A DNA stretch of 62,415 nt, filler included, from Nitrospinota bacterium (lineage in GTDB: Bacteria > JAUXIQ01), in NCBI GenBank assembly GCA_030620925.1. It is 11 parts of 11 records of this genome, joined end to end, with 100 filler letters (N's around TTAATTAATTAA, not from the genome) between each part and the next. Parts side by side here need not be neighbours in the genome. Positions count along the whole stretch, not along the records: positions 1 to 23,975 come from JAUXIQ010000003.1; 10 more parts are not named here. One strand, written 5' to 3'. The position numbers and the translations under genes are program-made. Positions 1-10,689 of the stretch are shown here, piece after piece (the first letter of the stretch is position 1; the number at the start of each line of letters is the position of its first letter). A model generated the notes under the pieces. The model made no database searches and was not told the origin of the DNA. It worked only from the letters and a program-made list of their open reading frames with translations.

Positions 1-43
1 CGAGCAATTTTAGAATGGGAATAAGTTTAAAAAGGAGGGGAAA

Positions 44-1142
44 ATGGTAGATGAGATGGAAAGAGAATATGAGGTAATCCGGAACAGAATTAAAGCCATG
101 GGAGACCGTCTTTGACCTGACTGATAAACAGGAAAAAATCGTCAGGCTAGACAAAAAGGCGGCTGAGAAAGATTTCTGGGAAGAGCAGGAAGAAGCCCAG
201 AAAGTGCTCAAAGAGAAGGCGGCTTTACAGTCTTTCCTGGATTCCTGGGGGCATCTCAATGACCTTGCTGAAGAGCTGGAGCTCATGTTGCAGTTGAGCA
301 GAGAGGAGAAGGACAGCTCCCTGGGCCCGGAAATGGAGCACAGCCTGCAGAAGTTGAACGAAGAGCTCGAGCGTTTCAGGCTCAGGGTGATTCTCAGCGG
401 TGAGCATGACGGCAAAGACGCCATCCTCTCCATAAACCCCGGTGCCGGGGGGACGGAGTCGCAGGACTGGGCGGAGATGCTGTTGCGCATGTATCTTCGC
501 TGGGCTGAAAACAGGGGGTTCAAAACGCACATCCTGGATATCCAGCCGGGTGAGGAAGCAGGCATAAAGAGCGTAACGGTTGAGGTTTCCGGAGAATACT
601 GTTACGGCTATATGAAGGGAGAGGCCGGCGTGCACAGGCTGGTGCGCATTTCCCCCTTCGATGCCAGCGGCCGCCGCCACACCTCGTTTGCCGCCGTTTC
701 CGTTATACCGGAGGTGGAGGATGAGGTGGAGGTGGTCATCGACGAAAATGATCTGAAGATAGATACCTATCGCGCCAGCGGGCACGGGGGGCAGCACGTC
801 AACGTGACCGATTCGGCGGTGCGCATTACCCATCTGCCGACGCGCATAGTTGTGCAGTGCCAGAACGAAAGATCGCAGCACAAGAATAAAGCTTCTGCCA
901 TGAAAGTCCTTCGCTCCAGGCTCTTCAAGCTCGAAGAAGAGAAACACCAGGCCAAATTAGACGAACTGCACGGCGAGAAGAAAGATATAGCCTGGGGGAG
1001 CCAGATACGCTCCTACGTCTTTCAACCTTATCAGTTGGTGAAAGACCACCGAACAGAGGTGGAGATGGGTAACGTGGACGCGGTAATGGACGGGGCGCTG
1101 GACCGCTTCGTGGAAGCATATCTTCTGGCGGAAAGCAGTTAA
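44..1142 (+). CDS. prfB: Peptide chain release factor 2, made by +1 programmed frameshift at CTT TGA C (110-116)
   Basis: AGGAGG RBS before ATG at 44. A 23-codon ORF ends CTT-TGA(113-115); the +1 frame continues into the 204..1142 ORF, which has the SPF (ISPFD) and GGQ (GHGGQHVN) motifs. Confidence 0.96.
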
Positions 1143-1300
1143 ACTGAGGCGCTTCCCCTTGATTTTTAACCCGGCGACGGTTATATTTTTTGCAATCCGG
1201 GGTTATAGGGAGGGGCGTTATACCCCGTAGCAGATGATCGCATAGCATAAACCGGCTACTTTGGGCTCTGAAATCCCTTTTTCGCACAACAACTCATTCC

Positions 1301-1330
1301 TTGTTCTTACCCACCTCGATATGTTATAAT
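1301..1330 (+). promoter_or_regulatory. Putative sigma70 promoter (extended -10) upstream of lysS
   Basis: TG-T-TATAAT at 1322-1330, with TTGTTC 18 nt upstream of the -10. Confidence 0.45.
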
Positions 1331-1474
1331 TAAGCCCGGATAAAATTAGTCGCCTTTTATCGAGGGGGAAAATAGCGACAATTGAAAATTTTTAACTATA
1401 GTTATATGGTAATATTTATGTGATCGAGGTGGTTACTGAAGCTATAAGCAGGAATTTTAAAACTGAATATAAAA

Positions 1475-2959
1475 ATGAATGATATTAAGGAAGAGAGCAC
1501 CGAACAGATTGCGGGGCGCAAGGCCAAATTGGCCGACCTGAAGGCCAGGGGAATAAACCCCTATCGCCATCGGTTCAAAGTCTCCCACAGAATAGAGGAG
1601 ATAATAGAGCGTTTCGAGCAACTGGAGACTGAAGAGTTGGAGGGGATGGAGGAAGAGTTTACCGTAGCCGGAAGAATGATGACTCGTCGCAAACACGGGA
1701 GAACCACTTTCCTGGACTTGAAGGACGGCACCGGCTCCCTGCAGATCTATGCGATGAGAGACGACCTGGGCACCGAAGAATATAAAGATCTCCTGGATTA
1801 CGACCTGGGGGATTTCCTGGGGGTAGAGGGGAAATTATTCAGGACGCGCACCGGCGAGCTGACCATCAAGAGCAGTACGGTATCTCTGGTGAGCAAGGCT
1901 CTGCGACCGCTTCCCGAAAAGTGGCACGGACTCAAGGATGTGGAGACCAGGTACCGCCAGCGCTATGTGGACCTCATCGTGAACCCGGAAGTTAAGAAGG
2001 TGTTTCAAGCTCGCTCCCTGATAATCAAGAAAATTCGTCGATTTTTAGACGATCGGGGTTTTCTGGAAGTGGAGACACCTATATTGCAGCACCTGCCCGG
2101 AGGCGCTGTGGCCAGGCCGTTTAAGACGCACCACAACGCATTGGGCATAGACCTATATCTGAGGATCGCCCCCGAATTGTACCTCAAGCGGCTGGTGGTG
2201 GGGGGGATGGAGCGAGTGTATGAAGTAGCCAAAAACTTCAGGAACGAGGGTATATCGAAAAAGCACAATCCTGAGTTCACCCTTTTGGAGTTCTATATGG
2301 CTTACGCCGACTATAATCACCTCATGACCTTGACCGAGGAGCTGTTTGAGTTCCTTGCCCGGGAGGTTTTGGGCTCCACCTCCCTTGATTACCAGGGTCA
2401 GAAGATAGATTTGTCCGCTCCCTGGCCTCGCTACACTTACTTTCAAGCATTAGTTGAGATAGGGGGGGTTTCTGCCGATATATTAAAAAACGATGATAAA
2501 GCCAAGGAATATGCACTAAGCAGGGGAATCGACTGGGAAGGAGACCGCCATAGGCTCATCGAGCAGTTGTTTGACGAGCTGGTGGAGCCGAATCTGGTGC
2601 AGCCCACTTTTATAAAAGATTACCCTGCTCAGCTATCACCCCTCTCCAAGACCAAAGAAGACGACAGTAGTCTGGTGGAACGCTTCGAGCTTTACATAGG
2701 GGGTTGGGAGCTGGCTAACGCCTACACCGAGCTTAACGATCCCCAGGAGCAGGAGGAGCGGTTCAGGGAACAGGCGCAGAAGAGAGATGAGGGCGATCTG
2801 GAAGCTCACATGATGGATGCAGATTACATCAGGGCCCTGGAATACAGCATGCCCCCTACTGCGGGCGAGGGAATAGGATTAGACCGGCTGACCATGCTGT
2901 TTACCGATTCCTCCAACATAAGGGAGGTCATACTGTTCCCTCAGTTACGCCCCGAGTAA
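1475..2959 (+). CDS. lysS: Lysine--tRNA ligase (class II)
   Basis: [29 protein letters not shown] and [10 protein letters not shown] motifs; follows prfB. Confidence 0.97.
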   Translation: MNDIKEESTEQIAGRKAKLADLKARGINPYRHRFKVSHRIEEIIERFEQLETEELEGMEEEFTVAGRMMTRRKHGRTTFLDLKDGTGSLQIYAMRDDLGTEEYKDLLDYDLGDFLGVEGKLFRTRTGELTIKSSTVSLVSKALRPLPEKWHGLKDVETRYRQRYVDLIVNPEVKKVFQARSLIIKKIRRFLDDRGFLEVETPILQHLPGGAVARPFKTHHNALGIDLYLRIAPELYLKRLVVGGMERVYEVAKNFRNEGISKKHNPEFTLLEFYMAYADYNHLMTLTEELFEFLAREVLGSTSLDYQGQKIDLSAPWPRYTYFQALVEIGGVSADILKNDDKAKEYALSRGIDWEGDRHRLIEQLFDELVEPNLVQPTFIKDYPAQLSPLSKTKEDDSSLVERFELYIGGWELANAYTELNDPQEQEERFREQAQKRDEGDLEAHMMDADYIRALEYSMPPTAGEGIGLDRLTMLFTDSSNIREVILFPQLRPE

Positions 2960-3052
2960 TCCGGCTCTGACGGGCGCATCGGCTTCAACCGGCCTGAAGC
3001 TGCAATTAGCGGGTGTTTGCCCCCGGAGCCGAAGTGAAGGTTTAACGGAAAT

Positions 3053-4312
3053 ATGTCCTTCGAAATGATGGTGGGCCTTCGATACTTGAAGGCCAGCCGT
3101 AAGCAGGGCTTTATATCGCTGACCACCTGGCTTTCCATGGGTGGGGTGGCCCTGGGAGTGGCCTCGCTGATACTGGTGATGGCCGTGATGAACGGCTTCA
3201 GGGAAGGCTGGCGGGAGCAGATTTTAGGCACATCTCCACATATTGCGGTATACAGCTATGAGCCGGGAGGAATTAAAGATTACAATGACGTAGTTGCCGA
3301 AGTGAGGTCTTTTCAGGGGGTCAAAGCCGCAGGGCCTTTTATCGAAAAGCAGGCAATGTTATCCTCCGAGAGCAGGGTGTCGGGGGGAATTATCAAAGGT
3401 GTGGAATTGGATTCAGTGAGGGATACCCTGGGAAAACAGATTGTGGACGGCGACTTGAACCTCATTAATGAATTCACCCTCGAAAAGAGCCTGGGTTCGC
3501 TGAGTGCCGGAGCAACCTCCGAGGGGGGCATCATACTGGGGATCGATCTGGCCAGAAATATGGGTCTAAGTCTCGGGGAAGAGGTAACCCTCATATCTCC
3601 CGCGGGAGCACCAACGCCCATGGGGATAATACCGAGAATGAAAAAGCTTCCGGTAGTGGGGCTGTTCCAGACGGGAACAGGCTACGATGCGGCCCTTGCC
3701 TATGTTTCGCTCCAGAGGGCCCAATCGTTTTTCGCCATGAAAGGGAAGGTTGACGGAATTCAGGTATGGGTCGGGGACATTTTCAAAGCCGGTGCTCTGG
3801 GGGGCAGAATAAGCGATAAGCTCGGCTACCCCTTCTGGACCAGAGACTGGAAAGAGGCTAACAGAGCGCTTTTCGCCGCCCTGCGCTGGGAGAAGGTGGC
3901 CATGTTCATTATACTTGGTCTCATGGTGTTGGTTGCGGCTTTCAGCATTGTGAGCACCCTGGTTATGATGGTCATGAGGAAGGGTAAGGATATCGCCGTT
4001 CTTAAGTCTCTGGGAGCCACCAGGAAGAGCATAATGAAGATTTTTACCCTCCAGGGGATGGTTATAGGGATTATGGGCACGGGCATTGGAGCGGCCGCTG
4101 GGTTTATTGTAGGTAAGATTCAGCAGACATATCACGTTATAAGACTTGACAGCGGGGTATATGGACTTGATATACTTCCTATAAGGATAGAATACTGGTG
4201 GGGGTTCATGTTCGTTTGTATAGTGGCAGTGGTCCTCACCTTTTTAGCTGCCCTCTACCCCTCCAGGAGGGCGGCGCATGTTGACCCTGTGGAGGCGTTG
4301 CGTTATGAATAA
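3053..4312 (+). CDS. lolE: Lipoprotein-releasing ABC transporter permease (LolC/E type)
   Basis: GVALGVASLILVMAVMNGF, KDIAVLKSLGA, LYPSRRAA..DPVEALRYE; next to lolD. Confidence 0.9.
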   Translation: MSFEMMVGLRYLKASRKQGFISLTTWLSMGGVALGVASLILVMAVMNGFREGWREQILGTSPHIAVYSYEPGGIKDYNDVVAEVRSFQGVKAAGPFIEKQAMLSSESRVSGGIIKGVELDSVRDTLGKQIVDGDLNLINEFTLEKSLGSLSAGATSEGGIILGIDLARNMGLSLGEEVTLISPAGAPTPMGIIPRMKKLPVVGLFQTGTGYDAALAYVSLQRAQSFFAMKGKVDGIQVWVGDIFKAGALGGRISDKLGYPFWTRDWKEANRALFAALRWEKVAMFIILGLMVLVAAFSIVSTLVMMVMRKGKDIAVLKSLGATRKSIMKIFTLQGMVIGIMGTGIGAAAGFIVGKIQQTYHVIRLDSGVYGLDILPIRIEYWWGFMFVCIVAVVLTFLAALYPSRRAAHVDPVEALRYE

Positions 4313-4337
4313 GGCGTAGGGCACGTCGGGTTTAGGA

Positions 4338-4346
4338 TGTTATAAT
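4338..4346 (+). promoter_or_regulatory. Putative extended -10 internal promoter before lolD-clpC
   Basis: TGTTATAAT about 40 nt upstream of the lolD start. Confidence 0.35.
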
Positions 4347-4385
4347 TGTTTGAGGGAGTTATATTATAAATAGGACGGAAAAGGG

Positions 4386-5093
4386 TTGGCTGAAGGAAAG
4401 CCTTTGATCCAGGTGAAAAACCTGCACAAGTCCTTCATATCAGGCGAGGGGACCCTTGAAGTTCTGAATGGCATAGACCTGGAAATCAAGACCGGCGAGA
4501 TGACGGCGATAGTGGGGGCGTCCGGGGCCGGGAAAACCACTCTGCTATACATTATGGGAGCCCTGGAGAGGCCCACAGAAGGAAATGTTTTATTCGAGTC
4601 TCGAGATGTTTTCGAGCTGAATGAAAAGGAACAGGCGAAGTTTAGAAACCGTAATATAGGCTTTATCTTTCAGTTGTATTACCTGTTACCTGAGTTCACC
4701 GTCCTGGAAAATGCGGCAATGCCCGCCCTTATAGGGAGCAGGTCGACGAAAGAAGCTCTGGCCACAGCCAAAGAGTTGCTTTCTGAAATTGGGTTGGCCG
4801 AGAGAGTTCATCACAAACCGGGAGAGCTTTCCGGTGGTGAGCAGCAGAGAGTGGCAATAGCACGGGCTCTTGTAAACAGACCGCAAGTGGTATTGGCGGA
4901 TGAGCCCACTGGGAATCTGGACAGCCGAACTGGAGAAACTATTTACAATTTGCTGAGAAGGCTCAGCCTGGCTAGGGAACAGACTTTTGTGATAGCGACT
5001 CATAACATTGCCCTTGCCAATAAATCGGACAGAGTGCTTCATCTTGCGGATGGCAAAATAGACCGGACAGGAAAAGGAGACTTCGATGTTTAA
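4386..5093 (+). CDS. lolD: Lipoprotein-releasing ABC transporter ATP-binding protein
   Basis: Walker [32 protein letters not shown]. Confidence 0.9.
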   Translation: MAEGKPLIQVKNLHKSFISGEGTLEVLNGIDLEIKTGEMTAIVGASGAGKTTLLYIMGALERPTEGNVLFESRDVFELNEKEQAKFRNRNIGFIFQLYYLLPEFTVLENAAMPALIGSRSTKEALATAKELLSEIGLAERVHHKPGELSGGEQQRVAIARALVNRPQVVLADEPTGNLDSRTGETIYNLLRRLSLAREQTFVIATHNIALANKSDRVLHLADGKIDRTGKGDFDV

Positions 5094-7521
5094 GAGGTTT
5101 ACGGAAAGGGCCAGGAGAGTGATTATATTGGCCCGGGAGGAGGCCGAGCGCCACCAGCACGAGTTCTTGGGGACCGAACATATACTCCTGGGCGTACTAA
5201 AGGACGGTGGTGGTATAGCAATAGCAGTTCTCCAGAAACTGGGCATCGATCTAGAGCAATTAAAGATTGAATTGGAGAATAATTTGCCCAAGAGCAGTAA
5301 TACACTTATAGTGGGAGAAATCCCTTTTACTCCCAAAGCCAAAAAGGTTTTGGAGTATTCCGTGGAAGAAGCCAAGCTCATGGGCCATAACTATATAGGC
5401 ACCGAACACCTGCTTCTGGGGCTGGTGAAGGAGAAAGAAGGGGTGGCCTCGAAGGTGCTGAGCAATTTCGGAGTTCGGCTGGTGGAGACCAGAGAGCAGA
5501 CGCTGAAACTCCTTCAGGAACCCGAAACCCAGGAAAAGGGCAAAGAGAAGACGCCCGCCCTGGACGAGTTCGGGCGCGACCTGACAGAGCTGGCGGGGGA
5601 AACCAAGCTGGATCCCGTGATAGGCCGCCACAATGAGATCGAACGCGTTATCCAGATACTTTCCAGGCGCACCAAAAATAACCCCGTTCTCATCGGTGAG
5701 CCGGGCGTGGGGAAGACAGCCATCGTTGAAGGCCTCGCCCAGCGTATAATGGATAAAGACGTGCCTCAGATGCTTTACGGCAAGCGGGTGGTTAACCTCG
5801 ACCTCGGTGCACTGGTAGCGGGCACCAAGTACCGCGGCCAGTTCGAGGCCCGGCTCAAGACCATTATGAAAGAGATTAAGTCGGCTGAGAACGTTATACT
5901 GTTCATTGACGAGCTCCACACCCTGGTGGGTGCCGGTGCCGCCGAGGGTTCGGTGGACGCCTCCAACATGCTGAAACCAGCCCTTTCCAGGGGCGAGGTA
6001 CAGGTAATCGGAGCAACCACCCTGGACGAATACAGAAAATATATAGAAAAGCATGGAGCTCTGGAGCGCCGCTTTCAGCCCATAATGGTGGAACCCCCCT
6101 CTGCTGAGGAGACTGTCGCCATACTCAAGGGGCTGCGGGACAAATATGAGGACCACCACAAGGCTAAGATAACCGACGAGTCGATTTCGGCGGCCGTGAA
6201 GTTCTCCGACAGATATGTCTCCGGCCGCTATCTGCCCGATAAGGCCATTGACGTCATAGACGAGGCCGGCTCCAGGGTGCGCTTGAAGAAGGTGACCCTG
6301 CCGCCTGAACTCAGAGAGCTTCAACGCGAAATCGAGGAGATAGTTCGAGAGAAGAAGCGGTGTATCGAGAGACAGGAGTTTGAGAATGCAGTAGAGCTGC
6401 GGGACAAGGAGGAGAACCTCAAACGTAAGCTGGAACTCCTCAAGAAAGAATGGGAAGACGATCAGGACGACTCCGAACCGGTGGTCAACGAAGAAGATAT
6501 AGCACACGTCGTTTCCCGGATGACGGGTATCCCTCTGATGAAGATCGAGGATACCGAGTCCGACCGGCTGCTCAGGATGGAAGAGGAAATCCACAAGCGA
6601 GTGGTAGGCCAGGACGAGGCGCTTACCGTGGTATCCAAGGCGGTGCGCCGCGCGAGGGCGGGCCTCAAGGACCCCAAGAGGCCCACGGGCATCTTTATTT
6701 TCCTCGGCCCCACCGGGGTAGGAAAGACAGAGCTTGCGCGGGCCCTGGCGGAATTTCTATTCGGAGATGAGAACGCCCTCATACGCGTGGACATGTCGGA
6801 GTACATGGAGAAGTTCAACGTCTCCAGGCTCACCGGCGCTCCTCCGGGCTATGTGGGTTACGAAGAAGGCGGACAGCTCAGCGAACAGGTGAGACGAAAA
6901 CCTTATTCGGTAGTGCTTCTGGACGAGATAGAAAAGGCTCATCCCGACGTGTTTCACATATTGCTGCAGGTGATGGACGATGGACATCTCACCGATAACT
7001 TCGGCAGACGTGTGGATTTCAAGAACACGGTTATCATCATGACTTCCAACCTCAGCGCACGAGCCATAGAGAAGGGCACTTCGCTCGGCTTCCAGCCCGC
7101 TGACGAACGGACTATGATGGAAAAAATGAGTGACAGCATAACCACAGAGCTAAAGCGCACTTTCAATCCTGAATTTTTGAACAGGATTGACGAAACGGTT
7201 ATTTTCCACTCCCTTACCAAGGAGAATATAATCCGGATAGTGGATATTCTTCTCGACACGCTGAAAGACCAGGTGGTGGAAAAGGGGTTGACGCTGGAGG
7301 TTGATCAAGAGGCGAAAGAGTGGTTGGCCAGCGAGGGATTCGATCCCGCCTATGGAGCCAGACCGCTCAAACGTACCATCAGGAAGTATATGGAAGACCC
7401 CCTCTCCGAGAAGCTCCTTAAAAGCGGCTTCAAGGAGGGAAACGTTATTCTGGCCAAATTTGAGGGGGGGAAGATTGTCTTCGAAGAGAGGCAGGCTGTT
7501 CCTTCAGATGTGTTGGTGTAG
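5086..7521 (+). CDS. clpC: ATP-dependent Clp protease ATP-binding subunit ClpC
   Basis: Two Clp N repeats ([16 protein letters not shown]), two AAA+ modules ([16 protein letters not shown]), coiled-coil middle domain, LGF ClpP-docking loop. Confidence 0.93.
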   Translation: MFKRFTERARRVIILAREEAERHQHEFLGTEHILLGVLKDGGGIAIAVLQKLGIDLEQLKIELENNLPKSSNTLIVGEIPFTPKAKKVLEYSVEEAKLMGHNYIGTEHLLLGLVKEKEGVASKVLSNFGVRLVETREQTLKLLQEPETQEKGKEKTPALDEFGRDLTELAGETKLDPVIGRHNEIERVIQILSRRTKNNPVLIGEPGVGKTAIVEGLAQRIMDKDVPQMLYGKRVVNLDLGALVAGTKYRGQFEARLKTIMKEIKSAENVILFIDELHTLVGAGAAEGSVDASNMLKPALSRGEVQVIGATTLDEYRKYIEKHGALERRFQPIMVEPPSAEETVAILKGLRDKYEDHHKAKITDESISAAVKFSDRYVSGRYLPDKAIDVIDEAGSRVRLKKVTLPPELRELQREIEEIVREKKRCIERQEFENAVELRDKEENLKRKLELLKKEWEDDQDDSEPVVNEEDIAHVVSRMTGIPLMKIEDTESDRLLRMEEEIHKRVVGQDEALTVVSKAVRRARAGLKDPKRPTGIFIFLGPTGVGKTELARALAEFLFGDENALIRVDMSEYMEKFNVSRLTGAPPGYVGYEEGGQLSEQVRRKPYSVVLLDEIEKAHPDVFHILLQVMDDGHLTDNFGRRVDFKNTVIIMTSNLSARAIEKGTSLGFQPADERTMMEKMSDSITTELKRTFNPEFLNRIDETVIFHSLTKENIIRIVDILLDTLKDQVVEKGLTLEVDQEAKEWLASEGFDPAYGARPLKRTIRKYMEDPLSEKLLKSGFKEGNVILAKFEGGKIVFEERQAVPSDVLV

Positions 7522-7641
7522 TCGGGTAACCTAATTAACCAGACCCTTCGTTTAATGCCGGAGGTATCAGGTGATTCCTCCGGCTCATTCTTATCGTCCC
7601 CTGTATCTGATAATATAAGTAGTAGTAAGTGAGTCCAGGAA

Positions 7642-9984
7642 TTGAATCAGCCGAGAACTGACCAGCCGAATACCAGAAAATCCAGGATCGTAAAGCTCTC
7701 ACTGCTCCTTTTCTTTTCCATCGGGATCATTCCGTTTTTCTCCGGAGAAGTTTCCGCCCAGGCCAAACAGGCTCCCGCAATTCACGAGGTTAAAATCACC
7801 GGCAACGAACTCGTTGAAGAATCTACCATCAAATACTATCTTAAGACCAAAGAGGGTGATCAGTTTTCTGTAATAACCGTTCGTAAAGACATACAGAAAC
7901 TTTATTCACTCGGTTTCTTCGACGACATAGCGGTGGACGTCCAGGAATTTGAGGGACGCCTGATAGTTACCTTCATGCTCAAAGAGAAACCCGCCATCGA
8001 TGAGGTAATAGTCGAGGGGGCGGATAAAATCTCACAGGAGGACATCTATAAAGTAATCACCGTCAGACAGAACACCATAATCAATAAGAACCAGATACAT
8101 GAAAGCCTGGAAAAAGTTAAATCCCTCTATGAAGAGAAAGGCTATTATTTCGCTGAAGTCGATTATGAGGTCCGGGAGCTCGAAGGCCGCAGGGTGAAAG
8201 TCCTTTTCAAGATAGCCGAAGGGAAGAAATACAAGATAAAAGATATAGAGTTAAGCGGTAACATTCATTTGAGCGACAGGCAGTTGAAAAAGGTGATGGA
8301 GACCAAGGAGGCCAGGCTTTGGAGAACCATCATTTCCTTTGGCAAGGCCGGCAAACTGGTGATGAAAAAATTGGAGAATGACAGACGCCGCCTGGCCGCC
8401 CTCTATGCTAAATACGGGTTTATAGAAGCTGATATAAAAGCACCCTCCATAGATTTGAGGGAAGAGAGGGGAGGCATAGTAATCGTCCTGACCATCGTGG
8501 AAGGTAAGCAGTACAAGGTGGGAAGGGTTACCGTAGTCGCCGACGAGGAGTTTCCCGTAAACGAGCTGAAGAGGGTTTTCGGCCTTAACGAAGGAGACGT
8601 TTTCGACGGGACCAGCATCCCCAACAGAGTGCGCAAGCTCACCGAATACTATACCGAGAGGGGCTATGCCTTTGCTGATGTGAATCCCAGAGTGAAGCAC
8701 AGGCCTGAGGAAAACCTGGTAGATATGAGCCTGGTAGTGGAAAAAGGGGTGAAGGTAAAATTTGGGAAGGTGGATATAAGAGGTAATGAGCACACCAGGG
8801 ATAAAGTCATACGCAGGCAAATAGCTATGGAAGAAGGTGCGCTCTACGATAGCTCTCGGATCAATAAGACAAGAATGAGGCTTCAGCGGCTCGATTATTT
8901 CAGCGAGGCGGAAATAGGCTCAAAGAAACGGCCTGATCAAGATGTTGTAGACCTGGAAATCACCGTCAAGGAGAAACAGACCGGTTCTTTTTCCGGAGGC
9001 GGGGGGTTCAGCTCCCAGCAGGGAGTTTTCGTCGTGGGCAGGATCACTCAGAGGAATCTTTTCGGCAGGGGCTGGATTATCGCCGCGGAGGGGGTTTTAG
9101 GAAAAGACAGAACTGACATAACTTTCAACTTTACAGAACCATATTTTCTGGATACCAGGTTGCGAACCAGCTTCGAGTTCAAGAACCGCTTTGAAGATTT
9201 TGATACCTTTGATATAGATACGTTGAGCGGATCGCTGACCCTTGGCTACCCCTTGAGCTATAACCTGTCCGTCGCTCTGGGATATAGTTACGAAGAGAAT
9301 GAAATATCCGATTTGGATCTTAGCAGTGAGGCCCAGCAGATATTAAGGGTAGTGGAGGGCTTCTCCGTTACCAGCGCCCTGCTGCCCTCCATCGGTTATA
9401 ACAATCTTGACAGGCCCATGAAGCCATCGAGGGGATTGAGGGTGAGTTTTAGGAACAAGATCTCAGCGAAATTCCTGGGCAGTGACCTCGATTACTACAA
9501 GGGCGTGCTGGATACCAGGTATTATATCCCCGTCCCCAAATCGATACTACCCCTGACCCAAACTCCCATTCTCTTACTAAGGAACGTCCTGGGATACGCA
9601 GAGGGGTTCACGGGAGATGAATTACCCATTTACGAGAGGTTCTTCCTGGGCGGAGCGAGGAGTCTGAGAGGGTTCAATTTCAGAGATGTGGGCCCAGTGG
9701 ATAAATTCGGGCAGCCTTTGGGGGGCGCCAGCTCCCTGCTGTTTAGTGTCGAGCTGTCTTATCCCATAGCGAGCATCCTGGATGCGGTTTTTTTCTTTGA
9801 CGCCGGAAACGTTTATCTCGAGGGGAATGCCCTGGACGTAACCGATCTGCGTTTTTCGGCTGGTCCGGGCTTCAAGGCCAACACGCCCTTCGGGCAAATA
9901 GCCATATTTTTAGGATTCAAGCTGGATAGAAAAAATGGAGAAAATGTTTCCGAATTTCACTTCGATATGGGGAGAGGATTCTGA
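7642..9984 (+). CDS. bamA: Outer membrane protein assembly factor BamA
   Basis: Signal peptide, POTRA-like repeats, RFFLGGARSLRGF motif, C-terminal Phe; upstream of skp. Start codon uncertain. Confidence 0.92.
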   Translation: MNQPRTDQPNTRKSRIVKLSLLLFFSIGIIPFFSGEVSAQAKQAPAIHEVKITGNELVEESTIKYYLKTKEGDQFSVITVRKDIQKLYSLGFFDDIAVDVQEFEGRLIVTFMLKEKPAIDEVIVEGADKISQEDIYKVITVRQNTIINKNQIHESLEKVKSLYEEKGYYFAEVDYEVRELEGRRVKVLFKIAEGKKYKIKDIELSGNIHLSDRQLKKVMETKEARLWRTIISFGKAGKLVMKKLENDRRRLAALYAKYGFIEADIKAPSIDLREERGGIVIVLTIVEGKQYKVGRVTVVADEEFPVNELKRVFGLNEGDVFDGTSIPNRVRKLTEYYTERGYAFADVNPRVKHRPEENLVDMSLVVEKGVKVKFGKVDIRGNEHTRDKVIRRQIAMEEGALYDSSRINKTRMRLQRLDYFSEAEIGSKKRPDQDVVDLEITVKEKQTGSFSGGGGFSSQQGVFVVGRITQRNLFGRGWIIAAEGVLGKDRTDITFNFTEPYFLDTRLRTSFEFKNRFEDFDTFDIDTLSGSLTLGYPLSYNLSVALGYSYEENEISDLDLSSEAQQILRVVEGFSVTSALLPSIGYNNLDRPMKPSRGLRVSFRNKISAKFLGSDLDYYKGVLDTRYYIPVPKSILPLTQTPILLLRNVLGYAEGFTGDELPIYERFFLGGARSLRGFNFRDVGPVDKFGQPLGGASSLLFSVELSYPIASILDAVFFFDAGNVYLEGNALDVTDLRFSAGPGFKANTPFGQIAIFLGFKLDRKNGENVSEFHFDMGRGF

Positions 9985-10109
9985 TCTTCTGACGGGGCAG
10001 GCAAAAAAAGTTTAGAAATGAAAGGCATTTTGCGGTAATATTTTATAACTATATTTTTTCTGGTGGTGCACCTTTAACGAATAATCCTAGCTTCCAAATG
10101 GGTGATTAA

Positions 10110-10652
10110 ATGGGACGGTTTGTAAAATCGCGCTGTCTGGCTCTGGTGTTGGGGACAATTTTTGTGTTTTCTCTCCTTCCTCTATCAGCCGGCGGTGAGC
10201 CGAACTTAAAACTGGGGTATGTAAACTTACAAAAAGCTCTCTCACTATCAATAGCGGGAAAGAGCGCCGCCGATAAGCTCAAGGAGGATCGCGATAGCGT
10301 CCTGGTGGAGATCAAGGAAAAGGAAGAAGAGCTTAAGTTGATGCAGGAACAGTTGTCCAAACAGGCGTCTGTACTCACCGAAGATGCGCTGAAGGAAAAA
10401 CGAGAAGAGTTCAGAAAGAAGATGAAGGATTATGAGCGGTTCCGAACCGATTCCGTTCAGGAGTGGGAACGAAGGAAAAAGGAGTTGGAGGAGAAAATAT
10501 TAATCGAGCTGGTTAAAGTGGTTCAGGGGCTCGGAGAGGAGAAGGGGTTTTCGATAATATTTGCCAGGGAGCAGGGAATATTATACGCCTCGGATTCGGT
10601 GGACCTCACAGACGAAATAATCGAGAGGTATGACGCCAAACAGCAGCAGTGA
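10110..10652 (+). CDS. skp: Periplasmic chaperone Skp/OmpH
   Basis: Signal peptide, KLGYVNLQKAL, coiled coil, DLTDEII; lies between bamA and lpxD. Confidence 0.9.
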   Translation: MGRFVKSRCLALVLGTIFVFSLLPLSAGGEPNLKLGYVNLQKALSLSIAGKSAADKLKEDRDSVLVEIKEKEEELKLMQEQLSKQASVLTEDALKEKREEFRKKMKDYERFRTDSVQEWERRKKELEEKILIELVKVVQGLGEEKGFSIIFAREQGILYASDSVDLTDEIIERYDAKQQQ

Positions 10653-10689
10653 GGGACACCTATTAGTATGGGATGGTTATTATTAAGCC

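Noticed and set aside
204-1142. prfB starting at GTG 204, or prfB as a pseudogene
   Set aside because: The canonical CTT TGA C programmed frameshift explains the interruption; the true start is 44.
5260-6594. Long antisense ORFs (444 aa here; also 225-947, 23136-23918, 41937-42794, 55142-56008)
   Set aside because: Shadows of well-supported genes on the opposite strand in GC-rich coding DNA, with no motifs.
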